Origin: an uncultured Flavobacteriales bacterium
GTDB lineage: Bacteria > Bacteroidota > Bacteroidia > Flavobacteriales_D > Parvicellaceae
Direction: 5' to 3'
NCBI GenBank assembly: GCA_943788115.1
Contig: CALSPA010000016.1
Span: 6,001 to 70,000, forward strand
Length of the DNA: 64,000 bases
Made by a program: the position numbers and the translations under genes. Positions 17,960 through 27,928 of this stretch are shown here, in pieces (the first letter of the stretch is position 1; each line of letters starts with the position of its first letter). The notes beneath the pieces were generated by a model. That model was not told the origin of the DNA. It saw only the letters and a list, made by a program, of their open reading frames with translations, and did not search any database.

Positions 17960-20008
17960 CTAATAGCTTACTAATTTCCTTGTTAAAACTCGCCCATCTT
18001 TTAAATATACTCTCAAGCTAAGAAGGCCAACAAATTCACTAGTATTTAATTTTATTTGATTTTCATAATTAATAATTTTTAGTAATAAAAGCTTTCCACT
18101 AATATCATATAATTCAATTTTCTCTATTGGCTGATTAACGTATATATTTAATTCATTCTTTGAAGGATTGGGATAAATGACAAAATAAGGCTGTTTTTGA
18201 ATAAAACCTTCATTCAAACCAACATTAGGACAATTTCCAGGCATGTTTGAATCCAACCAACTTAGACGTTCTAAAATCCAACTTTTAAATTTCACTATCT
18301 CACCATCATAGGTTAAAGGTTGTGTCCCTATTTCTGGAGTACCTACATTTACACCTAAAATTGGCCACCTAACATAATGCCTTTCTTGAGCAAGTTCAAC
18401 TACACCACTTAATGAATCAATAAAATGAAATAAATTTGAAGTATCCAAAATCGAATTTCTTAAGTTGAAATACCTGCAAGAAAGCTCATCTGCAAATGAA
18501 GAATCTTGTAACAATCTAATGTACCAACCTGGTGGTTTAACATCAGTTGGGCCGGAGTAATCATGCCTCCAACCACTACCACCGAGCATTCCAGAGTCAT
18601 GGTCCTTATATGCCCAATCAAAATCCCAAACTGGACCTGCGTAAATTAAAGAATCTTTACTGTCTTTATCTTTATAAAAATTCCTACTTTTTTTAAATCC
18701 ATCTATATTTCTAGCAAATTCATTGACAATAAAATAGTCAATAAAAGAACGAGTATTAATAAATGGTCTGTATCCTAAAACTGGATCTGTAAAATTGGCA
18801 CCCCAAAGTGCATCTTCAAAATCTCCTACTAAATTCTGTATATATGTCTCTTGTTGTAATGTGATGTCATCAGACTTAGGATAATTATAAACATACCTCA
18901 CTTCATCGTTGGGGAAATTTGGGTTGTAATAATTGGACACCCAACTATTATCCCAATCCCAATAATCTACTCTAAAAATATATCCTCCTGTAAGACTATC
19001 ACCCAAATTATCATCTAAATCTAATTTAGAAACATCTACTCTACCATCATCTTTCTTAATTTTCTCTGTAAATACATAAATCCCATTATAAATATCATTA
19101 ATAACAACTTCACAAAGCTGAGTTCTTGGAGCATAATGACCCATTTTAGAAAAAAGATCAAAGGCAAGAATATTCCTTAGAAAAGTTTTATCATTATAAT
19201 TAGCAATAAGAATCCAATCATTTTCTATTGGCATATTAAAAATTGAAACGTTGTTATTTTCACCTAATAAATCTCTTGTCTCAATTCCAAATGGTTTTTG
19301 AGGCAATGTTGATGAATACGAACCTCTTATCTCAACCCCAGCAACACCATCATATTCACTTGCAATATCTGTAGGATGGTTAAGTAAACCAGAACCATTA
19401 TTAATAATTTTAAAGTCTGTATTAATCTTAGGTTCATCAACAATGCTCTGACCATTAGTTTGAATTAAAACCAAAGGAAGGATAGTTGAGTCTGGGGCAT
19501 CTAATCCAATAGAGACATCAACGTTTAGTTGGTAATTACCATTAGATGTAGATGAATACCCATCAACAACAATATAATAAGTAGTATTGGGCTCTAATAG
19601 CTGAGCCATTAATCTAGAATTATATGGAGCAGAATAATTAGGAGATTGACAACCATCTTCCTGGCACCCTACAGGAAAGCCGGTACAATTACTTTCAAAA
19701 AGGAATAGCTGTGAATCATAGTCTGTAATGTCTTCACACAAACTAATATCTACATAAACTTGATTTGGTCCATTTGTATATTCATAAACCAAATCATTTG
19801 CCCCTCCTTGATTCCCATAATCTGGACAATTGGCAAAATAATCATCATTAGCATTAATAGTACTTCCAGTCCCAATAAATGGAATTGAATTAATTAAAGT
19901 TGCTGTAGCACAAGTTTCACCTGTTTGAGACCAACAATTTATTAAAAGAAATAAGAGGAGAATAATAGTAAATAATTTTTTCAAAATAACAAGTTTAAAG
20001 GAAAACAC
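17960..20008 (-). CDS. CotH-family kinase-like protein with a T9SS C-terminal sorting domain
   Basis: CotH-like core (FIDYFIVNEFARNIDGFKKSRNFYKDKDS, GPVWDFDWAY). The C-terminal ~80 aa (YPNPSKNELNIYVNQPIEKIELYDISGKLL...) matches the type-A T9SS CTD pattern. A signal peptide is present. Confidence 0.7.
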   Translation of the reverse strand: MFSFKLVILKKLFTIILLLFLLINCWSQTGETCATATLINSIPFIGTGSTINANDDYFANCPDYGNQGGANDLVYEYTNGPNQVYVDISLCEDITDYDSQLFLFESNCTGFPVGCQEDGCQSPNYSAPYNSRLMAQLLEPNTTYYIVVDGYSSTSNGNYQLNVDVSIGLDAPDSTILPLVLIQTNGQSIVDEPKINTDFKIINNGSGLLNHPTDIASEYDGVAGVEIRGSYSSTLPQKPFGIETRDLLGENNNVSIFNMPIENDWILIANYNDKTFLRNILAFDLFSKMGHYAPRTQLCEVVINDIYNGIYVFTEKIKKDDGRVDVSKLDLDDNLGDSLTGGYIFRVDYWDWDNSWVSNYYNPNFPNDEVRYVYNYPKSDDITLQQETYIQNLVGDFEDALWGANFTDPVLGYRPFINTRSFIDYFIVNEFARNIDGFKKSRNFYKDKDSKDSLIYAGPVWDFDWAYKDHDSGMLGGSGWRHDYSGPTDVKPPGWYIRLLQDSSFADELSCRYFNLRNSILDTSNLFHFIDSLSGVVELAQERHYVRWPILGVNVGTPEIGTQPLTYDGEIVKFKSWILERLSWLDSNMPGNCPNVGLNEGFIQKQPYFVIYPNPSKNELNIYVNQPIEKIELYDISGKLLLLKIINYENQIKLNTSEFVGLLSLRVYLKDGRVLTRKLVSY

Positions 20009-20099
20009 CCTAAAAAATAATTAGTTGCATTAAGCATGAAATTATAGGAACTAACTGTTCCATTTCAACTAATTGAAATTACAATATAAAGATTAAGAA

Positions 20100-20858
20100 A
20101 TGAAAATATTAACATGCATTGTAACTCTTACACTATTTGCATCAACAATTAATGGGCAAAATAATTTTCTTGATAATCAAAAAAAATATAAGCGAGTACA
20201 AAACGCTTTTAAGGATAAGAAAACAACCATAGAGAATAAACTTGAAACCAACGGAATTAAGATAAATGAACTTAATATTTTATTGATAGCATATAAACAA
20301 GAAAGTCAACTTATAGTATATGCTAAAAATAAAAACGAATTAGGATATAAAAAGGTTGAAACGTATAAAATATGCTCTAAATCTGGTTTTTTGGGACCAA
20401 AAAGAGAGCAAGGAGATTATCAGGTACCTGAAGGCTATTACCATATTAATAGGTTTAATCCATTTAGCAGTTTTCACTTATCGTTAGGGATTAATTACCC
20501 AAATAAATCGGATAGAATTAAAAGTAATGCAGTTAATAGAGGAGGAGATATTTTCATACACGGTGATTGTGTCACAATCGGATGTTTACCACTAACTGAT
20601 GATAAAATAAAAGAAGTTTATTGCTACAGTGTATTGGCTAAAAACAACCTACAAGGAAATATACCAGTTTACATTTATCCTTATAAAATGACTAAAACAA
20701 ATCATTATTATAATTGTCAAATGAATAATGAAAACAACGAATTAATAAAATTCTGGAAGAATTTAAAAACTGGATATGATTTATTTCAACTAAACAAAGA
20801 AGAACTAAACTTCCAAATCAATAACCAGGGTAATTATATAATTAAAAAAAATAGTTAA
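20100..20858 (+). CDS. L,D-transpeptidase (YkuD-like) family protein
   Basis: Signal peptide and catalytic-type motif IFIHGDCVTIGCLPL (His...Gly-Cys). Confidence 0.65.
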   Translation: MKILTCIVTLTLFASTINGQNNFLDNQKKYKRVQNAFKDKKTTIENKLETNGIKINELNILLIAYKQESQLIVYAKNKNELGYKKVETYKICSKSGFLGPKREQGDYQVPEGYYHINRFNPFSSFHLSLGINYPNKSDRIKSNAVNRGGDIFIHGDCVTIGCLPLTDDKIKEVYCYSVLAKNNLQGNIPVYIYPYKMTKTNHYYNCQMNNENNELIKFWKNLKTGYDLFQLNKEELNFQINNQGNYIIKKNS

Positions 20859-20954
20859 AAAAACAACCTTTTGTTTAAATCATTGTCTTAACTTCAAATG
20901 CCTAATATAAATCATAATATATCTTAAGAAAGACATAGTTTGACCCCCCTTCAA

Positions 20955-21284
20955 ATGAAACATTCACTACCCCTATTATCATTAACAATTCTTTTATATT
21001 CTTGCAGCTTTAATGAAGAAAAAAAAGTTGATTACATAGACATTAAAACTATTTGTGATGACATTGGTTTTCAATTTAATCACGTGAAGTTCCATAATGA
21101 TTCATTAATTACATACAAACAAGAACTTATACTTATAAATGATCCTTTAGAAACAAAAAAAATAATTAACACAAGAATAAAATTCAAAAGAAGCAACAGA
21201 AAGGAGATTGAAAACCTACTATCTAATGATAATGACAGAAACCAATTGAATGATTTAAACGACCCACCAACATTAATAAACTAA
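20955..21284 (+). CDS. hypothetical lipoprotein
   Basis: ATG at 20955 gives MKHSLPLLSLTILLYSC, a lipobox-like signal peptide. No family recognised. Confidence 0.4.
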   Translation: MKHSLPLLSLTILLYSCSFNEEKKVDYIDIKTICDDIGFQFNHVKFHNDSLITYKQELILINDPLETKKIINTRIKFKRSNRKEIENLLSNDNDRNQLNDLNDPPTLIN

Positions 21285-21301
21285 ACTTTTAACAATAAAA
21301 A

Positions 21302-21326
21302 AAGCCTCTAAATAGAGGCTTTTTTG
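21302..21326. terminator. bidirectional rho-independent terminator
   Basis: Stem AAGCCTCT / AGAGGCTT with loop AAAT. It is flanked by an A-run upstream and a T-run downstream. It sits between the convergent lipoprotein gene and tRNA-Asp. Confidence 0.7.
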
Positions 21327-21327
21327 T

Positions 21328-21404
21328 TGGCGGACCGGACGGGACTCGAACCCGCGACCCCCTGCGTGACAGGCAGGTATTCTAACCAACTGAACTACCG
21401 GTCC
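21328..21404 (-). tRNA. trnD: tRNA-Asp (anticodon GTC), CCA encoded
   Basis: The reverse complement reads GGACCGGTAGTTCAGTTGGTTAGAATACCTGCCTGTCACGCAGGGGGTCGCGGGTTCGAGTCCCGTCCGGTCCGCCA. It folds as a cloverleaf with anticodon loop CTGTCAC and is near-identical to canonical bacterial tRNA-Asp. Confidence 0.95.
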
Positions 21405-21435
21405 AATAAGTTTAAAACTTATCCCTTTGGGGTGC

Positions 21436-21443
21436 CAAATTTA
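21436..21443 (-). promoter_or_regulatory. candidate -7 box (TAAATTTG) for tRNA-Asp
   Basis: Plus-strand CAAATTTA equals TAAATTTG on the minus strand. It lies ~31 nt upstream of the tRNA 5' end. No clean -33 TTTG was seen. Confidence 0.3.
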
Positions 21444-21481
21444 ATTCTTTTTCAATTAGCAACAAGAAATAATTCTTTTTT

Positions 21482-22396
21482 TTAAATCATTTTTTTTCTT
21501 TTTACTAAATATTGCATTAAAACCTTGTTAAATCCTTTATTTATATCTGCATCTACATAATCAATTTTATAAGTACCACAACAATTTTTAAGTGCAGTAT
21601 TTCTATTCTTAACTAAAGTTGTATAGTAATCTTTAACTTGAGATGGATTCAATTTTATTTGCTCACCTGTTTCCATATCTACAAAAGTATGAGGACGATT
21701 GTCATAATTCAATTGACCTTCTAATTCTGAATCTGAAACATTAAAAATAACTACTTCATGTTTATTATGCTTTAAATGCTGCAGCGCATTAAAAAGTTGT
21801 TCTTGATCGTTATCTCCCTTAAAATCTGAAAACACTACAATTAAAGATCGCTTATGGGATGCATCTGCTATTTTATGTAAAGCATTAACTATTTTTGAGG
21901 AATCATTTGTTATTGGAACGTACTTAAAAAGAAGTTTTTCCAGCTCTGAAAATAAAAAACGTTGATTTACAATAGATGCTTTAGGCTTTGTATGTAAATC
22001 TAGCTCTTGTTTAAATAAAGAAAGACCAACCGCATCTCTTTGCTTACGCATCAAATACATTAAAGCTGCTGCTGCATCTATAGAGAATGAAAGCTTATTT
22101 CGATCACTATCTGTTGGGAAATACATTGATGCAGAAGTATCTATAACTAATTGACACCTAAGATTAGTTTCTTCTTCATAGGTTTTAACATACAATTTAT
22201 CAGTTCTAGCGAATAACTTCCAATCAATGTGTTTGGTAGATTCTCCTTTATTGTATAATTTATGTTCAGAAAATTCAACTGAAAAACCATGAAATGGACT
22301 TTTATGTAACCCAGTAATAAAACCCTCTACTACTTTTTTTGCTAGCAACTCTAGGGTCCCAAATTCTCTTGCTTTTTTATGATTTATACTGCTCAT
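21482..22396 (-). CDS. DUF58 domain protein (vWA-like, MoxR/Bat-associated family)
   Basis: HKSPFHGFSVEFSEHKLY and HIDWKLFARTDKLYVKTYEEETN are the DUF58 signature. Confidence 0.8.
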   Translation of the reverse strand: MSSINHKKAREFGTLELLAKKVVEGFITGLHKSPFHGFSVEFSEHKLYNKGESTKHIDWKLFARTDKLYVKTYEEETNLRCQLVIDTSASMYFPTDSDRNKLSFSIDAAAALMYLMRKQRDAVGLSLFKQELDLHTKPKASIVNQRFLFSELEKLLFKYVPITNDSSKIVNALHKIADASHKRSLIVVFSDFKGDNDQEQLFNALQHLKHNKHEVVIFNVSDSELEGQLNYDNRPHTFVDMETGEQIKLNPSQVKDYYTTLVKNRNTALKNCCGTYKIDYVDADINKGFNKVLMQYLVKRKKMI

Positions 22397-22459
22397 TTAC
22401 AAATAATTAAACTGAAAATTAATTAGTATAAAAATAGTAAAGGTTGGTACTAAAAAAAA

Positions 22460-23794
22460 CTAAAGCAACTCATTTGCTAGATTAGCCAGCTCTGAACGCT
22501 CCCCTTTTTCTAGTGTTATGTGGGCAAATAAATCATTACCCTTCAAACGATCAATCAAATAAGACAACCCATTACTTTGTTCATCTAGATAAGGAGTATC
22601 TATCTGAAAAACATCCCCAGTGAAAACAATTTTGGTGTTTTCTCCTGCTCTAGTTATGATGGTTTTAATCTCATGAGGTGTAAGATTTTGAGCTTCATCA
22701 ACAATAAACATCACATTAGATAAACTTCTCCCCCTAATGAATGCTAAAGCAGAAATTTTAAGCTTACCATCTTCTTCCATTTCCTCAATTTTCCTGTACT
22801 TTTTTTCATTTTCACCAAATTGATTTTTAATGAATTTTAAATTATCAAAAAGTGGTTGCATGTAAGGGTTTATTTTATCTTCTGCATTCCCAGGTAAATA
22901 TCCGATATCTTTATTGCTTAAAGGAACAATCGGTCTTGCTAAAACTATTTGTTGATATAAATTATGTTGTTCAAGAGCACTAGCAAGAGCAAGTAATGTT
23001 TTACCAGTTCCTGCAACACCTTGTAAAGTAACCAATCTCACATCAGGATTCATTAACGCATGAAGTGCAAAAGTTTGTTCTGCATTTCGTGGTTTTATTC
23101 CATATACATATTGCTTTTCTACTCTTTCTATTACATTGTCAAATGAATTAAAATAACTTAAAATAGAAGTTTTTCCATTTTTAAGAATATAGAAACCATT
23201 AGGAGTAACATTGTTCCCTAAACAAGAAGTATCTTCCATTTGACCTTGCTTGTATAATTTATTTATAACATCTGAATCTACATCTTCAATAACATTTTTC
23301 CCAGCATAAAGGGCACTTTCTTTATCAATCTTTCCAGTTTCAAAATCAGCTGCTTCAATATTTAATGCTTTCGCTTTAAGCCTTAGATTAATGTCTTTAG
23401 AAACTAAAATTACTTTTGCTCCTTTTTCATTTTTAGTAAGGCACAAAGCTGCATTTAATATCTTGTGGTCATTTTTATTTCCAAATATCTTTACCGCATC
23501 GTTTTCAAGTTCATCGTTTTCCATGACAATCTTGAAATTACCCATTTCTGGACCGTTAAGAGGAATCCACTCTTGCAACGTAAATTCTTTACTAATTCTA
23601 TCGAGGATTCGAATAAACTCTCTTGCTTCAAAATTTTTAGTATCGTTCCCTCTTTTGAAATTATCTAGTTCTTCTAAAACTGTTATAGGAATAGCAATAT
23701 CATGTTCATCAAAACATTTTATGGAATTGTGATCGTGCAGAATTACCGATGTGTCTAACACAAAAATCTTTCTTACTTTTTTCTTTTTCGCCAT
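22460..23794 (-). CDS. PIN-domain / PhoH-like ATPase (YlaK-type)
   Basis: N-terminal PIN (IFVLDTSVILHD) and a PhoH P-loop (GVAGTGKTLLALA, FIVDEAQNL). ATG at 23794 (MAKKKKVRK) is preferred over the longer ORF start at 23836. Confidence 0.85.
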   Translation of the reverse strand: MAKKKKVRKIFVLDTSVILHDHNSIKCFDEHDIAIPITVLEELDNFKRGNDTKNFEAREFIRILDRISKEFTLQEWIPLNGPEMGNFKIVMENDELENDAVKIFGNKNDHKILNAALCLTKNEKGAKVILVSKDINLRLKAKALNIEAADFETGKIDKESALYAGKNVIEDVDSDVINKLYKQGQMEDTSCLGNNVTPNGFYILKNGKTSILSYFNSFDNVIERVEKQYVYGIKPRNAEQTFALHALMNPDVRLVTLQGVAGTGKTLLALASALEQHNLYQQIVLARPIVPLSNKDIGYLPGNAEDKINPYMQPLFDNLKFIKNQFGENEKKYRKIEEMEEDGKLKISALAFIRGRSLSNVMFIVDEAQNLTPHEIKTIITRAGENTKIVFTGDVFQIDTPYLDEQSNGLSYLIDRLKGNDLFAHITLEKGERSELANLANELL

Positions 23795-23880
23795 ATAGAT
23801 TTTAAGTTCAAAACTATTATTATTCAAATAAAACAATTTTAATTACTCGTGATTTATATAGTTATAAACAAATTCAATAA

Positions 23881-25593
23881 TTAATAACTAATTTCAATTT
23901 TTTCAACTGCAACATTACCTCTCTCATCTTCAATCTTAACCTTACAAACATGATTGCCTGTTTTTAAATACTCCCATTCTTTGGCATATACTTTTAAATT
24001 AGAAGATTTCGGGCTATAATTTGCAAGTATCCATCGATCATCCAAAAAAACATTATAACTTTTTATTCCGCTTAAATTATCTGAAATCTTAAAATGTAAA
24101 TACTTCAACCCCTTTATAGCTGTCCCATTTTGAAGGTTTATTGATTTAACAATGGGGTTAATTGAGTCAATTAACACAGTGAAATTTCCAAAAGATTTAA
24201 GGTTTACAGTCATCCAGCCATCATTACATGTGCCACCTTTTGACACCACTTTTTTTAGATCATCACTAACTGAAACAACAACAGCTTTTTCATTACACAA
24301 AATGGTGCTATCCTTTAATTTTAGTTTAAGAATGAATTTTTTTTGTAACGGAATATCCTGGTTCATAATAGAAATTAAAGAAGTCTGAGCCAATGGATAA
24401 TCTGAACTACTGAGTTTTATGTTTTCTTTTTCGTATAAACTCTTCTTAGGGAAAAAAGCAGCCATTTGAGCAGTAATTAAAGAATCTTGTTTTGTTACTG
24501 CATTCAATTGTTGCTTATTTATTATTGGTTTATAGAAATCTAACTGCGATGAGTCACCATGAATTTTAAAAGCTAATTCACTAACATTTCCAGCTGCATC
24601 TTTCACAACGTATTTAATATCATAATCCTTATTTTGGGAAATAATAACTTTCCCGTTATTTATCAATTTTTTATAAATCTTCAAATCATTATTTTCTGAA
24701 ACAAACGATTTATGAATACTTCTTTTATTTTTTTTATGCTCTTTATAATCTTTATAGGTATTAATATATCTATTAGTGGAAAAGTCTAATTTTTCCATTT
24801 CTTGAAAGTAATGAAGCGTATCATTTACAAATAATTCAATCGAAAATATACCACAAATGTTATTTGAGCCATTTAATTTATCAATTGTGTGTAAGCCAAG
24901 ACCTATCTCTCCAAAAGCACTTACATTATCTCTTAGAATATAACCATCTTTAGATTTAACAACTGATTTAAGTTGATTAGTCTGAGACTTATTTATTACA
25001 CTCTTTCCAAATGGATAAAACTTAACATTATATATTGATGGTGGGATGTTATCTTTCACATTAAAATCAAACAATAACGGGTTTACAGGTTGCTCTGTAA
25101 CTGTTTCCCTTAATTCAAAATGCAAATGAGGACCCATTGAACTCCCAGAATTTCCAGATAAAGCAACAACCTCACCTTTACTAACAACCATATCTAGACT
25201 GTCTAAATAAATTGTAACTACTTCGGATTGTTGTTTATACTGAGCTGTTTTAATAAGCGCTTCAATTTTTTCAGAAAACTTACTTAAATGTCCATATACA
25301 CTAGTAAATCCATTTGGATGATCGATGTAAATTGCTTTACCGTATCCCCAATGAGAAATATTAATTCTAGAAACGTAACCACTATCAACAGCATATATTC
25401 GATACCCAGAACTGCCATTTGTTTTAACATCAATTCCAGTATGGAAATGATTCGACCTTAATTCAGCAAAGTTTCCAGACAACAACAAAGGAATTCCTAA
25501 TGGAGATCTAAAATCATAGGAATTATAAGCTTGCTGAGAAACAAGACTTATTGAAAATAGAAAGTTTAAAAAAAATAAAACCGATAATTTCAT
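23881..25593 (-). CDS. M23-family metallopeptidase
   Basis: HFHTGIDV and GPHLHFELR zinc-ligand motifs, with a signal peptide. Confidence 0.85.
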   Translation of the reverse strand: MKLSVLFFLNFLFSISLVSQQAYNSYDFRSPLGIPLLLSGNFAELRSNHFHTGIDVKTNGSSGYRIYAVDSGYVSRINISHWGYGKAIYIDHPNGFTSVYGHLSKFSEKIEALIKTAQYKQQSEVVTIYLDSLDMVVSKGEVVALSGNSGSSMGPHLHFELRETVTEQPVNPLLFDFNVKDNIPPSIYNVKFYPFGKSVINKSQTNQLKSVVKSKDGYILRDNVSAFGEIGLGLHTIDKLNGSNNICGIFSIELFVNDTLHYFQEMEKLDFSTNRYINTYKDYKEHKKNKRSIHKSFVSENNDLKIYKKLINNGKVIISQNKDYDIKYVVKDAAGNVSELAFKIHGDSSQLDFYKPIINKQQLNAVTKQDSLITAQMAAFFPKKSLYEKENIKLSSSDYPLAQTSLISIMNQDIPLQKKFILKLKLKDSTILCNEKAVVVSVSDDLKKVVSKGGTCNDGWMTVNLKSFGNFTVLIDSINPIVKSINLQNGTAIKGLKYLHFKISDNLSGIKSYNVFLDDRWILANYSPKSSNLKVYAKEWEYLKTGNHVCKVKIEDERGNVAVEKIEISY

Positions 25594-25692
25594 AAGTAAT
25601 CTTCATTAAATTAAAAATTGAGTTAAAATTAAGTTACTATTCAATTTTTAAACCATAAAATTCAATAACATTTAAACAGGAGGCCGTTTAAA

Positions 25693-25723
25693 TTTGATTA
25701 ATTGAGTTTCCCTACTAACTTTG
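25693..25723 (+). promoter_or_regulatory. candidate Bacteroidota promoter (-33 TTTG, 19-nt spacer, -7 TAACTTTG)
   Basis: TTTG at 25693-25696 and TAACTTTG at 25716-25723, about 25 nt upstream of the GTG start at 25749. Confidence 0.4.
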
Positions 25724-25748
25724 TGGTAACATCTTTAAATTCATAATT

Positions 25749-26039
25749 GTGAAGGGCCTCAATGCTATTGATGAAATAAGAAAAAAATTTAATCTTTTAC
25801 TCAAGAAGAATAATGAACTCTCTATTTCAAAAAAAACATTACAAGATGAGATTAACAATCTTAAAAATAATAATCAGATGATGGCTAATGAAATAGATGA
25901 ATTAAAAGATAAATATAAAATATTGAAAATGTCAAGAAAGCTTGATGGAGATCAAAACGAAAACAGTAAAGAACTCAAGCTTAAGATTAACGAAATGGTA
26001 AAAGAAATTGATAAATGCATTGCACTACTCAATAAATAA
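25749..26039 (+). CDS. coiled-coil protein upstream of zapA (ZapB-like by position only)
   Basis: GTG start. The 96-aa product is Lys/Glu/Leu/Asn-rich with heptad character, and its stop is 3 nt before zapA. Confidence 0.45.
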   Translation: MKGLNAIDEIRKKFNLLLKKNNELSISKKTLQDEINNLKNNNQMMANEIDELKDKYKILKMSRKLDGDQNENSKELKLKINEMVKEIDKCIALLNK

Positions 26040-26042
26040 ATT

Positions 26043-26330
26043 ATGAGTTCACTCTCGATTAAAGTAAACATTGCTGGTAGAACATACCCTCTTACAATTG
26101 CAAGAGAAGAAGAAGAAATGATTAGAAAAGCAGCAGCTGAAATCAATAAAAATATTGATATTCTCAAACAAAGCTATGCAGTAAAAGATAATCAAGATTT
26201 ATTAGCGATGACTGCTCTACAGTTTGCAACAAAAAATGTTGAAGAAATAGATTCTGTAGAATATGAGAATTTAACTAAAGCTATAATTCAGTTAAATAAC
26301 GAACTCAATATTGAAGAACCATCCTCTTAA
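26043..26330 (+). CDS. zapA: cell division protein ZapA
   Basis: IKVNIAGRTYPLTIAREEEEMIRKAAAEIN matches the ZapA family pattern. Size is ~95 aa. Confidence 0.8.
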   Translation: MSSLSIKVNIAGRTYPLTIAREEEEMIRKAAAEINKNIDILKQSYAVKDNQDLLAMTALQFATKNVEEIDSVEYENLTKAIIQLNNELNIEEPSS

Positions 26331-26376
26331 TTTTTCTCATTTTCGGTGTTTTTTTTTAAACAATTTAAATTTTAAA

Positions 26377-27919
26377 ATGGACACAATAAGTATTATATCA
26401 GGGTTAACAGCAGGTTCTGTACTAGGTTTAATTCTTGCTTACATTATAATAGGCAAGGCGAATAAATCTAAGCAAAATAGTTTACTAAAAACCGCTAAAG
26501 AAGAAGGCGAAAGCATAAAAAAAGAAAAAATTCTTCAAGCAAAAGAAAAGTTCCTTGAGCTTAAAGAAAATCATGAAAAGGTCATCAATACAAGGGAAAG
26601 AAAGATGCAAGAAAAAGAAATTTCTTACAAGCAGAAAGAGAAAACCTTATCTCAAAAAATAGAAGAATACAACAGAAAAGAAAAGCAGATCAAGTTTTCA
26701 AAAGAATCTTTAGAAAGACAAATTCAACTAGCAGATAAAAAAGAACAAGAAATTCTTAAATCTTCTAAACAACAAATAGAAGAGCTTGAAAAAATGAGTA
26801 ATTATTCTGCAGAAGAAGCAAAGAAACAACTTGTGAAATCTCTAAAAGATGAAGCCAAAACTGATGCTATGGCATACATTAAAGACATTCAAGATGAAGC
26901 AAAATTAAACGCATCCAAAGAGGCTAAAAAAATAGTTATCCAAACAATTCAAAGAGTTGCCTACAGAACATGCAATAGAAAATGCAGTTTCTGTCTTCAA
27001 TATTGACAGTGATGATGTAAAGGGAAGAATTATTGGTAGAGAAGGAAGAAACATTAGAGCACTTGAAGGAGCAACAGGAGTCGAAATAATTGTAGATGAC
27101 ACCCCTGAGGCCATTATTTTATCTTGTTTTGACCCTGTAAGAAGGGAAATCGCTCGACTTGCGCTTCATCAATTAGTTACAGATGGTAGAATACACCCTG
27201 CAAGAATTGAAGAAGTAGTAGCTAAAACTAAGAAATCATTAAATGATGAAATAATTGAAACAGGTAAAAGAACTTGTATTGATTTAGGAATCCATGGGCT
27301 TCATCCAGAATTACTAAAAATGGTTGGAAGAATGAAATTTAGATCTTCATATGGTCAAAACCTACTACAGCATTCTAGAGAGGTCGCCAACCTTTGTGCT
27401 ACTTTAGCCTCTGAATTAGGCATTAACCCTAAAATAGCAAAAAGAGCCGGTTTATTACATGATATTGGGAAAGTTCCTGAAGACGAACCAGAGCTTCCTC
27501 ACGCATTACTTGGAATGAAACTAGCAGAGAAGTTTGGCGAAAAACCTGACGTTTGTAACGCTATAGGCGCGCACCATGATGAAATAGAAATGACTAACCT
27601 AATCTCTCCAATTGTTCAAGTATGTGACTCTATTTCTGGGGCTCGACCTGGTGCAAGAAGAGAAATAGTTGAATCATACATACAAAGAATCAAAGATTTA
27701 GAAAATTTAGCTTTGGATTATAAAGGTGTCACTAAAGCATATGCAATACAAGCCGGAAGGGAACTTAGAGTAATGGTTGAAAGCGAAAAAGTATCTGATC
27801 AAAAAGCGGATGAACTTTCTTTTGAAATTTCTCAAAAAATACAAACTGAAATGACTTACCCTGGACAAGTAAAAATAACGGTTATAAGAGAAAAAAGAGC
27901 TGTTTCTTTTGCCAAATAA
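26377..27919 (+). pseudogene. rny: ribonuclease Y interrupted by a +1 frameshift at ~26959-26963
   Basis: MDTISIISGLTAGSVLGLILAYII (TM anchor) and a coiled coil sit in frame 1 up to ...[10 protein letters not shown]. The KH domain ([15 protein letters not shown]) and HD domain (LLHDIGK, GAHHD) continue in frame 2 from [14 protein letters not shown]. Deleting one base in gttgccTaca restores RVATEHAIEN. Confidence 0.85.
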
Positions 27920-27928
27920 ACAAATTAA

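Noticed and set aside
21285-21481. tRNA-Asp as an integration site for a genomic island
   Set aside because: There is no integrase, no duplicated tRNA 3' fragment and no atypical gene content on either side.
23391-23732. 113-aa and 67-aa plus-strand ORFs
   Set aside because: They are antisense to the PIN-PhoH gene and have a Ser/Phe/Leu-rich mirror-frame composition.
22460-23836. PIN-PhoH protein as a toxin-antitoxin or defence module
   Set aside because: It has the fused YlaK-type architecture that is broadly conserved as a single housekeeping-like gene. There is no adjacent antitoxin-sized ORF.
26311-26376. 22-codon upstream extension of rny overlapping the zapA 3' end
   Set aside because: The extension (MKNHPLNFSHFRCFFLNNLNFK) is non-conserved-looking. 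The RNase Y membrane anchor begins at the ATG at 26377.
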